DNA of 64,000 bases from assembly GCA_963789265.1 (NCBI GenBank), contig CAWBKB010000003.1, positions 160,001 to 224,000 of the forward strand, in the 5' to 3' direction. The notes below the pieces were generated by a model that was given only the letters and a program-made list of their open reading frames with translations, searched no databases and was not told where the DNA came from. The stretch is from an uncultured delta proteobacterium (GTDB lineage: Bacteria > Desulfobacterota > Desulfomonilia > Desulfomonilales > Desulfomonilaceae). Of this stretch, positions 63,372 to 64,000 are shown piece by piece (position 1 is the first letter of the stretch; the number at the start of each line of letters is the position of its first letter). A program made the translations under genes and the position numbers.

Positions 63372-64000
63372 TCACGCTCCCGGGCCGAGGAATAAAATCG
63401 GGTTTCGAGGCTTGGAACGGGAACGGACCTCGAAGTAGAGAGATGGAGCCTGTACCTCTCCCTGAAGTCCCGACAGTACCTATGATTTGGCCTCTCTTGA
63501 CAGGCTGGCCGTTGGTCACTCGCACCTCTTTCAAATGGGCATAAACAGTGACGAGCCGCCCGGGGTGCTCAATCAAGACTACTTTGCCATATTCCCCAAT
63601 AGTTTTCACGCAACCCACCAGGCCGTCGGCCGCTGCCGCCACAGGTGTTCCTTCTTTTGCCTGGATAGTTATACCATTGTATTGGACACCGTTTCTCGCT
63701 CCGTATTCGGAAATGACGTTTCCATTTACAGGCCATGCAAGGCTCCCTCCGAAATCTTGCATGCGTGATCTCTTTGCTGAAGGCCCTTGACTCGGAACAA
63801 TCAATCTTTTCCGCGGCGCACAGGGAATGAAGATTCTTGCGCCGGCCTTAACGGTATAAGGGCGCGTCAAATTATTTACCTTAGCGAGCATTTGGAGGTC
63901 AACGCCGTAAGCCTTGGCTACATCGGACAAGCTCTCATTACGTCCCACGACATGATAGATCCCCGTCCCCGAGACCGGATTGTTCGGCCGTGAGTGTGGC
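63372..64000 (-). CDS. LysM + M23 peptidase protein (NlpD-like), 5' end outside window (apparent +1 indel ~63456)
   Basis: LysM ESLSDVAKAYGVD..LAKVNNL; WPVNG, NGITI, YGKVVLIEH, VYAHL; corrected end PSLYFEVR..NP. Confidence 0.88.

Noticed and set aside
13200..63456. Frameshifts as programmed recoding or mass pseudogenisation
   Set aside because: They hit unrelated, otherwise well-conserved genes, with no slippery sites and no nonsense decay; sequencing error is more likely

Overview
This is an anaerobe chromosomal window of roughly mid-50s % GC. Gene content and style suggest Desulfobacterota, probably Desulfomonile-like (inference). About 50 CDS are present; no rRNA, tRNA or CRISPR array was found. 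Main content: (1) a ~15 kb nicotinate-type degradation cluster (ABC transporter, CoA-acylating ALDH, Mo-hydroxylase S/M/L, enamidase, 6-hydroxynicotinate reductase, ApbE-like UPF0280); (2) a signalling operon DUF4388 - mglB - mglA - CheW-like hypothetical - Ser/Thr kinase::cNMP::HTH; (3) an IS1380 element cleanly inserted into hbd, with a CCCC target duplication; (4) two secreted Cys/Pro-rich proteins; (5) a GET3/ArsA-HSP20 ATPase with a small partner ending in an IPI motif; (6) housekeeping genes (rnhA, lon, ftsK, bioA/D, pyrD-pyrK fusion). Intergenic spaces are filled with a modular family of REP-like palindromes, in which a 17-nt mini-hairpin repeatedly replaces parts of other repeats. About 17 single-base indels break genes. 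They are probably long-read errors, and they cluster at a few short motifs (GTAC, CCAGA, CGCG), which may reflect the methylome. All calls come from reading motifs by eye; no searches were run.
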